Part shown: positions 63,183-64,000 of the stretch, one piece after another
How the letters are laid out: each line of letters opens with the position of its first letter
Position numbering within the stretch: the stretch's first letter is position 1
DNA from: Pseudonocardia sp.
Lineage (GTDB): Bacteria > Actinomycetota > Actinomycetes > Mycobacteriales > Pseudonocardiaceae
NCBI GenBank assembly: GCA_026785945.1
Contig: JAJAZD010000286.1
Location: 13,063 to 77,062, forward strand
DNA: 64,000 nucleotides
Direction of reading: 5' to 3'
Made by a program: the position numbers and the translations under genes
Notes under the pieces: model-generated
Told to the model about the DNA's origin: nothing
What the model saw: the letters and a program-made list of their open reading frames with translations, nothing else
Database searches by the model: none

Positions 63183-63256
63183 ACATCTATGTCGCCCGCG
63201 GGGAGCTCCACCCGCGCGGGGCAGCCGTCATGGACGCCGCGTGGATGGACACCTGA
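63182..63256 (+). pseudogene. 3' tail of a second tyrosine integrase
   Basis: Encodes DIYVARGELHPRGAAVMDAAWMDT*, 20/21 aa identical to the int C-terminus at 58936-58998, with synonymous differences. Confidence 0.88.
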
Positions 63257-63344
63257 CGTTGCGAGCGTGAGGATCACGCTCGCTCGAAGGTGAGAGCATG
63301 TCCCGGACGGCGGCGGGCAATCGATCGGGGCGGGGCGCGTGGGA

Positions 63345-64000
63345 ATGCCAGCAGATGCGGAGGAACGGTGGCTGCACGTGGCTGAGACCGTGGTGGCGGC
63401 GCCACCGGACGGGTCCGATGTCGGCGAGGTGATTCGCTGGTACCGCCAACGTGAGGGCCTGACCCAGCAGGACGCGGCCGCGCTGCTGAACACGACGCAA
63501 TCGCGGCTCTCGAAGCTGGAGAAGGGCTCCCAGGCCCTTCGGGACGTCGTCGAGCTGCGGCATATCGCGAGCAAGCTCGGTATCCCACCGGAGCGGCTGG
63601 GGGTGCTCCCGGATCGTTCGGGTGACGCCACCCCCCGTGCGGAGACGGTCAGCCTCGATCCGGGACCGGCGCGCGACGGTCAGGAGCGGTGGCGGGCCGT
63701 GCGGGCCGAGTTGAACGCGAATCGTGCGAGGCTCGGAGACCTCGCGGCCGACCTCTACCCGCAGGAGCGGCGCATCCCCGGGACGAGCGTCCTTACCGCC
63801 GCCGGGTGGGTGCCCGACGAGCCCGTGGACCTGGCGGCCGTTGAGCTGCTCTGGCTACCCGAGTCCCCGCCGCCGGAGATCACGGGCAAGGCGCCCGAGG
63901 CGGCCGGGTCCCGCGCGGTGCTGCCGTCCGGGAAGCCCTACGACCGGTACTCGCGCGCTTTACGGGACCTCGCCCGACCGACGTTGTTCGACAACCGGGT
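63345..64000 (+). CDS. XRE-family HTH protein with uncharacterised C-terminal domain, copy 2, partial
   Basis: ATG 63345 (or GTG 63378) open to window end; WLHVAETV..VIRWYRQREGLTQQDAAALLNTTQSRLSKLEKG..YDRYSRALRDLARPTLFDNR. Confidence 0.85.
   Translation, partial: MPADAEERWLHVAETVVAAPPDGSDVGEVIRWYRQREGLTQQDAAALLNTTQSRLSKLEKGSQALRDVVELRHIASKLGIPPERLGVLPDRSGDATPRAETVSLDPGPARDGQERWRAVRAELNANRARLGDLAADLYPQERRIPGTSVLTAAGWVPDEPVDLAAVELLWLPESPPPEITGKAPEAAGSRAVLPSGKPYDRYSRALRDLARPTLFDNR

Larger units (their letters stand above)
57601..64000. mobile_element. tRNA-anchored integrative island (probably two stacked related elements), continues past window end
   Basis: tRNA, then integrase, low-GC cargo, XRE genes and a second integrase tail. 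Confidence 0.85.

Overview
High-GC actinomycete chromosome; gene content and repeat style suggest Pseudonocardiaceae (inference). Main blocks: (1) ~1.3-19.9 kb, a hypoxia/fermentation island (ppdK, wax-ester/TAG synthase, USP, CBS-BON, HPF-like, adhP, pflBA, phosphoketolase) whose promoters share a DosR/DevR-like GGGAC-N4-GNCCC box. (2) 19.9-30 kb, LexA-box dinB plus a DksA-like gene, aroQ, ilvA and many deletion-scarred gene remnants. (3) A ~925-aa orphan secreted protein with a beta-rich core. (4) 37-47 kb, a probable choline/glycine-betaine to glycine catabolic cluster. (5) icmF followed by a signal-less BtuF-like gene. (6) From 57.6 kb, a tRNA-Ile2(CAT)-anchored island: tyrosine integrase, low-GC NACHT-LRR (NLR-like) gene, then two paralogous XRE genes. 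The first XRE copy is fused through a 4-bp microhomology to the 3' tail of a second, diverged integrase. This points to two sibling elements stacked at one tRNA, with the NLR filling a variable cargo slot between int and xre. All calls come from motif recognition by eye; no searches were run.
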